Below are positions 36,970-50,279 of a stretch of 64,000 nucleotides of DNA, piece after piece. A model generated the notes under the pieces. The model did not search any database, was not told the DNA's origin, and saw only the letters and a list, made by a program, of their open reading frames with translations. Each line of letters opens with the position of its first letter. Within the stretch, counting starts at the first letter, position 1. This DNA comes from Octopus sinensis. Its lineage: Eukaryota. The stretch is taken from NCBI RefSeq assembly GCF_006345805.1, contig NC_043008.1, forward strand, positions 19,158,001-19,222,000, in the 5' to 3' direction. The position numbers and the translations under genes are program-made.

Positions 36970-38329
36970 ATGTTCTTTATGACATCATTACTACCAACAC
37001 CACAACAACTCTATAAACACAAACATCACCACCATCAACACCACTGCCACCGCCGCCATCATCACTACCACCATCACCACCATTATCAACAGCTCCACTA
37101 ACATCAACTGCACCACTACCACCACTAACTCCACCACCACCATCGACCCCCACCACTGCCACCATTAACCCTATCACCAACACCACCACCACCAACTCCA
37201 ACTCCACCACCACCATCAGCTTCACCTATACCACCACCACCATCAGCTACACCTATACCACCACCACCACCACCAACCTCCACCACTGCCAACATCAACC
37301 CCATTACCAACACCACCAACACCAACACCAACCTCACCACCGCTGCCATCAACCCCATCACCATCACCATCACCACCACCACCAACAAGAACACTGTCAC
37401 AAAAACACTATAACCAACACCACTCTAACCACCACATATTATTTGTGCTACAAATTTCCCACTTAAAAACCAATCCTAAAAGTCAGCAAAATTCTGTTGT
37501 ACAGCAAAAGTTGTTATTAAAACAATTAAAACTTGTTTTGTTTTGTTTTCTTGTTTTTTTTTCTTTTTTATTTCTGTTCAAGTTAATTCTGATCCACAAA
37601 AGTGCATAATCTAGCACTAGGGTGTTCAGCTCATGGGGCTGGACTCGAGTGGATTAGTGCACTGTGTCCTTAAAGTAAGGTACCTTATTCTATGTTGCTC
37701 CTAGAGGAGTGGTACAGATGACCTGACACAAACCTGAAATGCAGCTCTGTAATGGCTTCTTTCTGGAGTATCTCCCTGGCACTATTACCAGATGAGTATC
37801 ATATTACTTCATCAGTCATTTGTAATGACCCCTTTCTGCATTATTTGATTGACTATGCAAGTGACTAGCGAGTGTCCTATAATGCAAGAAGTTCTCAGTT
37901 CTTACTGATTATTCCTTACTGTCTGACTGCTTTTCCTGCCTTCTTATCCCTAATAATCATTACAACTATTAGGCTTAGATCTGTCACAAGCCCTAACATT
38001 CATAATGCTGGAACTTAACCCTGTTTCTATAGCATATAGGTAACTGAGACTACAACAATCCCTACTGGATAGGAAACCAGTCCATCACAGAGTTAACTCT
38101 CCAGCTATTACTGGAATTCATTCACTGCTGAGTGGACTGGAACAGCATGAAATGAAGTGTTTTGTGTATATAAAGTAGAATCTTAATTTTACTTTAGATG
38201 CACAGATGTATAAAAATAAATAGAATGCAATGCACGACGCAGCCTGAGAATCGAAACCATGACCTTATGGTTGTGAGTGCAATGCCCTAACCACTAGGAC
38301 ACATGCTGTCACCATTTTTACCATATAGG

Positions 38330-38680
38330 AACACCTGTGCCGGTGTCACGTAAAGAACACCTTTCAGGCCTTCGGCCTCATGGAAGCAATGACAAATGAC
38401 CTTCAGCAATATGCTATGCTTGAGAAGACCCATCAAGCCAAGGGAAATCATAATCATGGCAGATACTGGTGTCACAGAAGTGACACCCGTGCTGGTGGCA
38501 TGTAAGAGCACCAATTACACTCTTGGAGTGGTTGGCATTTGGAAGGGCATACAGCCACAAGAAAAAAAAAACCCATGCCAAATCAGACTGGAATCTGGTA
38601 CAGCCCCTCAGCTTACCAGCACTGGTCAAACTGTCCAAGCCATGCCAGCATGGACAACGGACATTAAATGATGATGATGA
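38330..38680 (+). mobile_element. Family C: RTE-like ORF C-terminus and 3' UTR
   Basis: With 47095-47165 the consensus reads approximately LTEAMT.DRDLW.(F/Y)AVLEKT, resembling the DR..WR motif at the end of RTE-clade ORFs (from recall). Ends in (GAT)n. Confidence 0.6.
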
Positions 38681-38925
38681 CGAGAAGGAGGAGGAGAAGG
38701 AAGAGGAGGAGGAGGAGGAGGAGGAGGAAGAAGAAGAGGAGGCGGAGGAGGACGAGAAGGAAGAAGAAGTGGAGGAGGAGGAGGAAGAAGAAGAAGAAGA
38801 AGAAGAAGAAGAAGAAGAAGAAGAGGAGACGGAAGAAGAAGAGGAGGAGGAGGAAGAAGCGGAGGCGGAGGAGGAGGAGAAGGAAGAGGAGAAGGAAGAG
38901 GAAGAGGAGGAGGTGGAAGGGTGGA
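38680..38925. repeat. (GAG/GAA)n microsatellite
   Basis: Directly visible; source of the poly-Glu/Arg ORFs. Confidence 0.95.
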
Positions 38926-39789
38926 GGCTGAGTCAATACCTATAGTTGGTGCCTCTGTTGGGTCTACTTGGGTGATCCCTTTCTTTCCATGCGCTCTCTT
39001 CATTAAGTAACCAGTTCTAGAAATATTTCCACGCTCGCGTCCTTTACAGCATCAGTGAGGGTGAATGTGCTGCTATTACTAGGAACACACATTTCATTGA
39101 TAATGTCCTAATTCAAAAGGACACACTGCTTTGCAATATGGAACACCTCACACATCTGATCCTCATTTTGCCAAACATTGACAGACAAACACAAAACCTC
39201 TTACTTTCTGCTTCTCTCCTTGTTGTGAATACTTCACATCTAGCTTCTCTCTTAGCTATGTAAAGAGTCTTCCTTACCCAACACCTTTTTTTTTTTTTCT
39301 TTGCTCCTCTAGGCTTGTGTCTTGGTGTTTATCTATACAGATATAGAGAGAGAAACATACATAGATGCACACATACACATAAACACACACATCCACATGC
39401 ATATATATATATTTTTTTACGTGTGTGGGTATGTATATATATGTGTATGTATGTGTGTGTAATATATATATATATATATAATATATATATATACATATAT
39501 ACACACACACATTTATATATGTAATATATATTTTTATATCATACATATACATATACATTATCTTATATATACATACATACATATACATATATATACATAC
39601 ATACATATATTATATATATACATATATACATATTATATAATATATATATATAAATAAATATAATACATATACATATGTATGTATATAAACATGTGTGCGT
39701 ATGTGTGCATGTATATATGTATACAATATATATTATATGTATATGAAGACACGCTCGCATATACACAAGTATTAAATGCGCATATTGTA

Positions 39790-39838
<49 letters not shown>

Positions 39839-39964
39839 CATATAATATATATATATATACATATGTATATAATATACATATGTATATATATATATATCTA
39901 TATATATAATATACCATATATATATATATATAATATATATACATATGTATATATATATACTATG

Positions 39965-39995
<31 letters not shown>

Positions 39996-40031
39996 GTATA
40001 TATATATGTATATATATAATTATATAGATAT

Positions 40032-40063
<32 letters not shown>

Positions 40064-40064
40064 C

Positions 40065-40562
40065 AGTCGAATTGAACCAGCCAGGATCCCTGGTCTGGTG
40101 GACGTAAAAGCACTATCCGACTCGTGGCGTTGGCACGTAAAATACTCCAATCGACCGTACGACAGGCACCCATGCCAACCCCCTTTGCTTGTGAAGACAT
40201 GTTGGGGCAAGCGAAATCGAAATCGATTGAACCAGCCAGGATCCCTGGTCTGGTGGTACGTAAAAAGCACTATCCGACTCGTGGCCGATGCAGCAACACG
40301 CCTCGACTGGCTTCCGTGCCGGTGGCACATAAAATACCCAATCTGACCGTGGCCGTTGCCAGCCCCGCCTGGCACCTGTGCAGTGGCACGTAAAAAAGCA
40401 CCCACTACACTCACGGAGTGGTTGGCGTTAGGAAGGGCATCCAGCTGTAGAAACATTGCCAGTTAGACTGGAGCCTGGTGCAGCCTTCTGGCTTCCCCAG
40501 AACCCGGTCGAACTCCAACCCATGCTAGCATGGAGAACGGACGTTAAACGACGATGATGATG
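40065..40562 (+). mobile_element. Family C with internal duplication
   Basis: cgaattgaaccagccaggatccctggtctggtgg occurs twice (~40068, ~40225); near-consensus 3' end. Confidence 0.8.
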
Positions 40563-40637
40563 TATATATATATATACTGCACATAAATATATACAGATAT
40601 GTATATGTGTGTGTGTGGTTGTCTCTACCTACATACA

Positions 40638-40774
40638 CAGGGTGATTCAGAAGTCACAATACATAGGAAAAATTAATTTTTTTATAAGAAACAGCTAAAT
40701 AAAAAAAAACTTGTTTCTTATAAAAAAAACATAAATAAATTTTTCTTATATATGGCAACTTCTGATTCACCCTG
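40638..40774. mobile_element. Tc1/mariner-superfamily MITE
   Basis: TIRs cagggtgattcagaagt / acttctgattcaccctg (16/17); TA on the right; palindromic interior. Confidence 0.8.
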
Positions 40775-41595
40775 TATATACACACACATTCATAATATAT
40801 AATGTTCAGTTAATCAAATATGTGTGTCAGTGGAACTCTTCACATCTGTGCATATGTATTTGAGCAACAAAAGTTTGGATAACTTAGATTTCATGAAAAT
40901 TTTCAGTTTTATAAATATGTAGGTGGCTGTGTTTATATTTATGTATATACACATGTGTGCAGATATGTGTGTATGTATATATATATATATATATATATAT
41001 ACAGACACACACATGTATATATATGCACATATATATATACACATACACATATATATATACACATACATATATATATGTACACACACACACATATATATAC
41101 ACACACGCATATATATATATACACACACACATATATATACATATAGGCACACATATATATACACATACACACACACACATATATATATATATACATTTTT
41201 GAATATATAAATCAACAAGTACATGTGTGTACATGTGCATGTATATATATATACACACAAACACACACATACATACATACATATATATATATATATAAAT
41301 ATACACACATACATACACAAATATATACATAAAAATATAATAATATATATATACATACATATTTATATATACATACATATTGATATATATATATATATAT
41401 ATACATACATACATATTTATATATATACATATTTATATATACATACATGAATGTATAAATCAGCAAGTACATGTATGTACGTATGCGAATTTAGATTTCT
41501 TTATCTGTATTCATGGATGGATATACATACATGTATGCCTGCATATATACATACATACATACATACATACATACATACATACATACATACATACA

Positions 41596-41630
<35 letters not shown>

Positions 41631-41818
41631 GTAACTATATGCATGAGAGTACATTCATAAAACATACAAATCTGCACATACATACAAACAAACAAAAATG
41701 CCCTGTTATTGATGCTGAAATTCCAATGAAGGAACTTTTGGTTATAGGTTAGAAACAGGTTCTCTCTCTATTGGCAAGAAATCTTGAAATAAAAATGATA
41801 TACATACATACATGTATG

Positions 41819-41849
<31 letters not shown>

Positions 41850-41852
41850 TAT

Positions 41853-41950
<98 letters not shown>

Positions 41951-42136
41951 TAAATATATATTCATATATATATATATGTATGTATGTATGTATGTATATG
42001 CACATACATATATAAATATGTGTTTGCATACATATATGCACATATATGTATGAATATGTCTACATATATATATATGTGTGTAGTAAAGGATATTAAAAAC
42101 AAAGACTATATATATATATATATATATATACATACA

Positions 42137-42168
<32 letters not shown>

Positions 42169-42315
42169 CATATTATATATATATATTTATACATATACAT
42201 ATATACACATATACATATATATGTTATATATATATATATATATTTGTCTAATATATATATATATATAATGTTTGTCATCCATATATAAGTATGTATATGT
42301 ATGTATGTTATATAT

Positions 42316-42366
<51 letters not shown>

Positions 42367-43083
42367 TAAAACACACGTCACAACACACAAACAAATATAT
42401 GTATGTATGGATGTATAAATGCATTCATGTATGCATCTTGTATATGCATGTGAGACTGTATTTGTGTGCGTACACATGCATATATACGTATGTACGTATG
42501 CATGCATGTACGTACTTAATTATTCACAGAGATGAGTTAAAAGTCATGTGTACTGGTCTAGCATACAAGTGTCTGGTGTCGCTTCAAGAGAACCGGTACA
42601 ACAAAATGTCAGGCAGTCAGCAGCCAATGCCAGTACACAGAGAACCTACATACGCTATCCTAACTTGCACTCCGACATACTCTACAAGAATAACTTAATT
42701 TATTTCAGAATTTTGTTAGAGCTTCTTTGTTGCTTTACAGTTGTTGTTTTTTTTTCCTTTTTGCTTTTTGTTGTTGTTTTTTTTCTTTTCTTTTTGTTGG
42801 GTTTTTTTTTCTTTATATTTTGTTATTTCGTTGTTTTTCTTGTCTGTTTGTAACACCATTTATTCGTTTAATTAGTTTAACCATTTTATATCTGGAATTA
42901 GTTAGCTTTTAAGCTTCAAGGAAAAGACATTTTTTTCCGAAACATGATAAAATTGAAATTTTAAAAGAATAAAAATAAAGAATGAAATGGAAGAATAATA
43001 GAATAAGAAATGAAATGGGGGAGGAGGGGGGATAATGCTGTTTACTTTAGCATTTAATAACTTATGTCATAAATGGTTTGATG

Positions 43084-43129
<46 letters not shown>

Positions 43130-43139
43130 CCTTTCTACT

Positions 43140-43335
43140 ATAAGTACAAGGCCTGAAATTTAACAGGAAGGCGCCAGTCAGTTAGATCGACCTCAGTATG
43201 CAACTGGTACTTAATTCATCAACCCTGAAAGGATGAAAGGCAAAGTCGACCTCGACAGAATTTGAACTCAGAACATAAAGACAAACGAAATACCACTAAG
43301 TATTTCATCCATTGTGCTAACAATACTGCTAGCTT
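43140..43335 (-). mobile_element. SINE family B (B2 tail)
   Basis: Family B match. Confidence 0.75.
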
Positions 43336-43351
43336 GCTGCCTTAATAATTA

Positions 43352-43590
43352 TAATAATAATGATCATAATAATGATCATAGTAATGATCATAATAATGAT
43401 CATAGTAATGATCATAATAATGATCATAGTAATGATCATAATAATGATCATTATTATGATCATTACTATGATCATAATAATGATCAAAATAATGATCATA
43501 ATAATGATCATAGTAATGATCATAATAATGATCATAATAATGATCATAGTAATGATCATAATAATGATCATAATAATGATCATAATAATA
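43352..43590. repeat. 12-bp minisatellite (AATAATGATCAT / AGTAATGATCAT), about 20 copies
   Basis: Directly visible. Confidence 0.9.
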
Positions 43591-43899
43591 ATGATGATGA
43601 TGATGATGAAAGACTCCTGTGGAAGATGACTTATGAGTGTTCAGCCTTTTGCCAAATGACACAAATGATTTCTTTATAATGATCAAATACCTGTGCCGTA
43701 CATTAGCTCAACTCTCTCCACCATCAAATTGACGTTGGCTGAACAGGTGCATGGTGTACCATGTGTCAGGTGCCTACGTGATCACAGAGCAGCACAAGAT
43801 GAAGTGCTTTTGCTTGAGAACACAATGCACCACCTGCTGTAGGAATTGAAATCACAAATTGCTAGATCGTGAGTGCAACACCCAAAACCACTAAGCCAT

Positions 43900-44088
43900 C
43901 CGCCCTCACTGTGATGACGATGATAATAATAACAATAATGATGATGGTGGTGGTGGTGGTGGTAGGGGCGGTGGTGGTGTCCCGGTGTAGGGCGGTGGTG
44001 GTGGTGGTGATGATAATGATGATGATGATGATGGTGGTGGTGGTGATGATGATGATGATGATGATGATGGTGGTGGTGCTGGTGATGA

Positions 44089-44120
<32 letters not shown>

Positions 44121-44166
44121 ATGATGATGATGATGGTGATGATGGTGATGATGATGATGTTGATGT

Positions 44167-44207
<41 letters not shown>

Positions 44208-44220
44208 GTGATGATGATTT
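43900..44220. repeat. (GAT/GGT)n microsatellite
   Basis: Directly visible. Confidence 0.95.
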
Positions 44221-44224
44221 CAAA

Positions 44225-44735
44225 TTCTGACACAAAACTAGCAATTTCAGGGGTGGGGAGCAAGTCGATCACGTTGACCCCAGTACTCAACTAATATTTT
44301 ACCGAATCCCGAAAGGATGAACGGTAAAGTCGTCCTGGCAGAATTTGAACTCAGAACATAGACAGACAGAATACCAATAAACATTTCACCCAGCATGCTA
44401 ACAATTCTTATTTCTTTATTGCCCACAAAGGGCAGTGGTGGGGACAAACTCAGACACAAACAATCAAAAACACACACAAATATATATGATGATGATGATG
44501 ATGATGATATTTATATATATATATTTCTTTATTGCCCACAAGGGGCTAAACATAGAGGACAGACAAACAAGGACAGACAAACGGATTAAGTCGATTACAT
44601 CGACCCCAGTGTGAAACTGGTACTTTATTTATCAACCCCGAAAGGATGAAAGGCAAAGCCGACCTCAGGGGAATTTGAACTCAGAACGTAACGGCAGATG
44701 AAATACGGCTACGCATTTCGGCCGGCGTGCTAACA
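44225..44735 (-). mobile_element. Cluster of SINE family B copies
   Basis: Copies at 44225-44405 and 44522-44735, plus a tail fragment at ~44410-44435 joined at agaattgttagc. Confidence 0.75.
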
Positions 44736-45191
44736 GGCTTCTATACAGTTTCCATCTATCAAATTCATTCACAAGGCATTGGTTGACCCAGAGCTATAGC
44801 AGAAGACACTTTCTCAAGGTACTGTACAGTAGGACTGAACCTAAGACTATGTGGTTGCAAAGCAAGCTTCTACTTACCACACAACCACTCCTGCACCTAA
44901 TATGGATATGGATATGCTATTTTCCTTTTGGGTCCTTGTTGTATGGAGCATTAGGGTAGTAAGTACTTCTTAGGAGTTTACAACTGACCCCATGGATTGC
45001 TCTCTTTACAGTTGAGCATTTGGTTGATGTATTTATTTTGGCAACTGTTGCTTTATTGTTGTATTATTTTTGTGTTGTTGTTGAGTTTTTTTTTTGTATT
45101 GTTTTAAATTCATTATTATGTTACTGTTGTTAACCCTTCTGATACCAACCCCACCCCTAGTTCTATCATAAACAGAAGATTACTGCTTTAA

Positions 45192-45930
45192 CCATTTAGC
45201 ATTTAAACTGACCGTATCTGACCCAAATCTCCCACCTGCTTTATGTTCAAACCAGCCAGATTCAGCCTTGTCATCTACCCTTACAATGTCACACTAAAAT
45301 TAAACACTCACACCATTTATATCTCAAAGCTAAGAGATAATGCACAATTAATTCAAAACAATGTGAATAAATAAGCATCATATTTGACAGAGTGGAGGCA
45401 CAATGGCCCAGTGGTTAGGGCAGCGGACTCGCAGTCGGAGGATCGTTGTTTCGATTCCCAGACCGGGCGTTGTATGTGTTTATTGAACGAAAACACTTAA
45501 AAAGCCCCACGAGGCTCTGGCAGGGGGTGGCGGAGACCCCTGTTGTACTCTTTCGACACAACTTTAAGCATTATATTTAACAGAGTGGAGGCACAATGGC
45601 CCAGTGGTTAGGGCAGCAGACTCGCAGTCGTAGGATCACAGTTTTGATTCCCAGACCAGGCATTGTTTGTGTTTATTGAGCGAAAACACCTAAAAAGCTC
45701 CACAAAGCTCTGGCAGGGGGTGGTAGTGACCCTTGTTGTACTCTTTCGCCACAACTTTCTCTCTCTTCTTGTTTCTTGAGTAATGCTGCGATGGACTGGC
45801 GTCCCGTCCAGCTGGGGGGGAACACATACGCCACAGAAACCGGGAAAACGGGCCCATGAGCATGGCTAGGCTTGAAAAGGGCGACGTTTATCGTTATATT
45901 TGACAGAGTAATCTGAATGCTGTAAAAGGT
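45192..45930 (+). mobile_element. piggyBac-like MITE (TTAA / CC.TTTAGCATT end) with two nested SINE D copies
   Basis: ttaa+ccatttagcatt left end; degraded aatgct..aaaggtt right end. Relatives at ~23835-23960, ~61488-61682 (inverted) and the end aatgctaaagggttaa at ~22515-22530. Confidence 0.55.
45394..45892 (+). mobile_element. SINE family D x2 (45394-45565 3'-truncated; 45587-45892 full length)
   Basis: tRNA-like heads; target sequence tatttgacagagt present before, between and after the copies. Confidence 0.85.
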
Positions 45931-45971
45931 TGAAGTGATCTACATTAAAACTTCCTTGCAAAATTGCATAC

Positions 45972-46380
45972 TCTTTTACTCTTTTACTTGTTTCAGTCAT
46001 TTGACTGTGGCCATGCTGGAGCACCACCTGTAGTCGAGCAAATCGACCCCGGGACTTATTCTTTGTAAGCCAGTACTTATTCTATCGGTCTCTTTTGCCG
46101 AACCGCCAGGTGACAGGGACGTAAACACACCAGCATCAGTTATCAAGCAATGCTAGGGGGACAAACACAGACACACAAACACACACATACATATATATAT
46201 ATATACATATATACGACGGGCTTCTTTCAGTTTCCGTCTACCAAATCCACTCACAAGGCATTGGTCGGCCCGGGGCTATAGCAGAAGACACTTGCCCAAG
46301 ATGCCACGCAGTGGGACTGAACCCGGAACCATGTGGCTGGTTAGCAAGCTACTTACCACACAGCTACTCCTGCGCCTAAC
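45972..46380 (-). mobile_element. SINE family A, full length
   Basis: Near-consensus. Confidence 0.9.
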
Positions 46381-46711
46381 TTTTGTTGTAAACACCAGCT
46401 TAGTAATGACAAAGATATTTAGCTAAATTCTTAATCATTTTCAAAATTAATTGAAGCAGAATTAGCATATGGTAGCAAAGGAGTTAAGAGGGGGAGGGTT
46501 TGATTGTATCAGACTATTTAGAATATTCCTGTTGTCCCTATTCTTTCCCCCTCTTTTTTTCTAGCTGTTGCTTAAGATAGAAAGATTGTGATTATATCAG
46601 ATTGTTTTGAATATTTAGGGTGACATTGCTGTATAATATAACACTCCCACTTTGGCAAATGCTGTTTTTCATTTAACCTGGAGACTTGTTTCATCTTTCG
46701 TTTATTATCAG

Positions 46712-47055
46712 GCATGGCTGTGTGGTAAGAAGCTTGCTTACCAACCTCCTATTTCCAGGTTCAGTCCCATTGCGTGGCACCTTGGACAAGTCTTCTACTA
46801 TAACCTTGAGCTGACCAAAGCCTCGTGAATGGATTTGGAAACTGAAAGAAGCCTGTCATATGTGTGTGTTTGTGTGTGTGTCTGTGTGCATGTGTGTTAG
46901 TTTGTTTACATCCCCATAACTTAACAGTTCAGCAAGAAATGACTGATAGAATACCAGTTTTAAAAAAAGTAAGTATTAGGGTCAACTTATTTGACTAAAT
47001 CTTTCAAAGGAGTGCCCCAGCATGGCCACAGTCCAATAACAGAAACAAAAATAAA
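46712..47055 (+). mobile_element. SINE family A (diverged)
   Basis: Family A match with deletions. Confidence 0.7.
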
Positions 47056-47089
47056 AGATGTAATAATTTCCATTATTTTATCTCTCGAT

Positions 47090-47402
47090 GGCCTTACAGA
47101 GGCAATGATAAGTGACTGGGACCTTTGGTGATTTGCTGTGCTTGAGATGACCCATGAAGCCAGGTGAAATCATAGTTGTGGCCAATGCCAGTGTTACATA
47201 ACTTGCACCTGTGCCAGTGGCACGTAAAAGGCACCTGTTACACTCTTGGAGTAGTTGGCATTAAGAAGGACATCCAGCCATAGAAACCACACCAAATCAG
47301 ACTGGATCTTGGAGTAGCTCTCCATCTTACCAGTTTCAGTCAAACCATCTAACCCATACCAGCATGGAAACGATGATGATGAAGATGATGATGAAGATGA
47401 TG
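47090..47402 (+). mobile_element. Family C (ORF end and 3' UTR, diverged)
   Basis: Translates LTEAMISDWDLW*FAVLEMTHEAR*; (GAT)n tail. Confidence 0.65.
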
Positions 47403-48073
47403 AATGGAGCCTCTATAAGGTTACTTGACTTGCAAGAAATCACAACCAAATCTCTTTACAAATACATCCTCCCATCTTCAACTCTTAAACAACAACACAA
47501 AAAAAAAATAATAATAATCCAACAACAATACAAAATTAAACAAAACCAACAACACAACAAAAATAATCCTTAATTACACCGAAAAATATTGTTGATGAGA
47601 AAAATAAGTTGGTCACAGCACAGTGCCAAAAACTAAAATGTTCCATAGCAACCAGACAAACTGAAGATAAACAGTTTGTATGAGTTGGTAGTTCCCAATA
47701 GGAGCCCATATGATCACTAGAGGTTCATGTAAGATTTTAAGGGTCCACACAAGCAAAATAGCAAATTAGGGATCCACAGTATTTTATGGGTCCATTAAAA
47801 CAATTTGGTTTAGATGTACTTGTAGCAAGAAACAGCTAAGTTTCCTTCTCTGATGTCCTACATAGTTCAGCCTACATAAGGATTTGGTTGATCTAGGGTT
47901 CCGTAGAAGATATTTGCCCAGGGTGCCATGCAGTGTGGCGGGGCTGAACTCAGAACCACATGGTTGGGAAACAAGCTTCATAATTCATGGCCTAATAGTT
48001 TTTCCACTTAGCCACCTTCACCTTTCACATTATTTATATATATAACACACACACATATGTATATATATATATT

Positions 48074-48114
<41 letters not shown>

Positions 48115-48159
48115 TCTGGCCGAAATCAGATCGCATGTGGATTCGCTAGCCTCTGCACG

Positions 48160-48370
48160 CATAATTTTTTCTCTCCTTCTTTCTGTGTTTTTTCTCTGTG
48201 TATCTTTCTGTTGAAGAGCGTAGGCTGGAAACGTTAAAGACTTGTTTTATTTATATTTCCTGAGCGCCATACTAATACAATTGTTGTTTGTATTCCATCT
48301 GCCTTCGTCTTTTGTTTATTTTTGTAAACCTGCCTTCGTCTTTTGTCTATTTTCATAAAAGCTCCCGTTT
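48160..48370 (+). mobile_element. Family E short element
   Basis: tctttctgttgaagagcgtaggctggaaacgttaaagac...; (TA)n nearby on both sides. Confidence 0.75.
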
Positions 48371-48943
48371 ATATATATATATTATATGTGTGTGGTGGGT
48401 GTGTGTGTGTGTGTGGTGTGTGTGTGTGTGTGAGTGAGTGTGTGTGTGAGGTGTGTGTTGTGTGTGTGTATAAGTTAGTCTACTTATCAACCTGTATTTC
48501 TGACCAACACACCAACTATTCAACCAGCTTGACCACTGTATCCTCTCAACCCCCCCCCCCAACCTTACCCTGACAACATCAGACTGTCTGCTTAAAGATT
48601 GTTCAAATCAATTCAGCCCACATCTTCCTATTGCACAACAAACCTTGCACCCAAAAACCTTATAGTACTTCAGGTTAGCTAATTGGTTGGACTGCACCTA
48701 TTCTAAACCGGCTGACTGATATGACACACACCTTAACCAAAGCTCACACGATGGAGCCTACTACACATTATTGCTTGATCTGCTAAAATTAACTGTCAAA
48801 TCTCGCTGAAATCACACTTTGCTATTTATAAAGATAAAAGGATGCATTTAGATAATGTAGTTTAGGATAACACCAAAAAAATTAAATGGCCATGGTTGGA
48901 ATACCTTTAATGATAGTTCAACTCAATCAGGGTTAATCTAGAT

Positions 48944-50090
48944 CAGTGCTTCTCAACTGAAGTCCACATGACCCTTTGGCATTCTTATAAGATTTTGTTG
49001 TTAAAATGTGCAATAAATGGGTTACACTTCTACGATACACAAAATATTTGAACAGTTTTTTTTATTTACAATCTCTAATAATATTTAATTACAATAATAT
49101 GATTGTTTGTTCCTTCTCGAGCCACATCTGGCTCATAAGGGCTGGTTTCCCGGTTTCCTGGACAGGATGCCGGTCCATTGCAGGTGAGCTGCAAGATGCA
49201 GGAGGAAAGAGTGAGAGAAAGTTGTGGAAAAACAGTCAGCAGAAGTTTGCCATTACCTTCTGCCAGAGCCACATGGAGCTTAGGTCTTTCACTCATAAAC
49301 ACACACATCACCCGATCTGAGATTCGAACCCGCGATCCCTCGACCACGAATCCGCTGCTCTAACCACTAGGCCATGTGCCTCCACCAAAAATATGATAGG
49401 ATTTTTTTAACATTTTATGGCTATGAGGGTCCAGTGGAGTAAAATAGGAATTAAAGGGATCCATTAGCCAAAAATCGTTGAGAACCACAGATCAGGATGT
49501 AAACAACAATCTCCAAAGGCGCAGGTGGTTCACACATTTACATAGCACAGTAGTTGTCAACCAGGATCTATATAAGATTTTGTTGTTTAAATTTTTGTGC
49601 AATAAAGCTGGTTATACTTAGACAACACCCAAAATATTCCAATGATTGTTTTATACAATTCCTGATAAAATTTAATTATAAAAATATATTAGGATTTTTT
49701 AAACATTTTATGGTCGAAAATGGTTGAGAAGCACAGCTCTAGATGTAAATAATAACATCCAAAGGACAAGGTGGTTCACACATTTGCGTAGCACAGTGGT
49801 TCTTCATCAGGGGTCCATATAGCCCCTAGAGGTCATTGCTGTTAAAATTTACGTGCAATAAATTGGTTATATTCCGATAATAAACTGAAACTTTAAACAA
49901 TTTTTTTATACAATTTCTAATATTTAATTCTAAAATTATATTAGGATTTTTTTTTTAAACATTGACTCGCTCTGAGGAGCCCTTCAAGTAAAACAGGAAT
50001 TCAGGGGTTCCATAGGTTAAAAACGGTTGAGAACCACAGATCTAGATGTAAACAATAACATTTCAAAGGACCAGGTGATTTACATATCTT
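48944..50090. mobile_element. Tandem triplication of a hAT MITE plus ~58-bp flank
   Basis: MITEs (cagtg(g/c)ttctcaac...gttgagaaccacag) at 48944-49489, 49548-49736 and 49794-50039. Each is followed by an atctagat-like 8-mer and a shared linker; atctagat precedes the first. Confidence 0.8.
49100..49384 (-). mobile_element. SINE family D-related element nested in the first MITE unit
   Basis: Minus head ggaggcacatggcctagtggttagagcagcggattcgtggtcgagggatcgcgggttcgaatctcagatcggg. Confidence 0.8.
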
Positions 50091-50279
50091 CCATTTTAAA
50101 GGGTTACAGAATTAACACAGGTTATAGGAACATAAATCTTCTTCCACGGAAAGATAGCTTAAACTGTGCTCTAAATGAAGGTGTAGACAAATCCTATTTT
50201 ATTCACTCAACCATGTTCTAAAATAAGTCGAAAGGTAAGCTACTATAAATCGGCACGAACTTTCCGGACAACCCAATAT
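50088..50279 (-). mobile_element. Mariner 5' fragment (TIR and 5' UTR, truncated at the start codon)
   Basis: TA+ttgggttgtccggaaagttcgtgccgattt resembles mariner TIRs (recall); the fragment ends at aaaATGGAAG. Confidence 0.6.

Larger units (their letters stand above)
39340..42400. repeat. Region dominated by (TA)n, (TACA)n and (TAGA)n microsatellites
   Basis: Directly visible; interrupted by family C (40065-40562) and a MITE. Confidence 0.9.
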
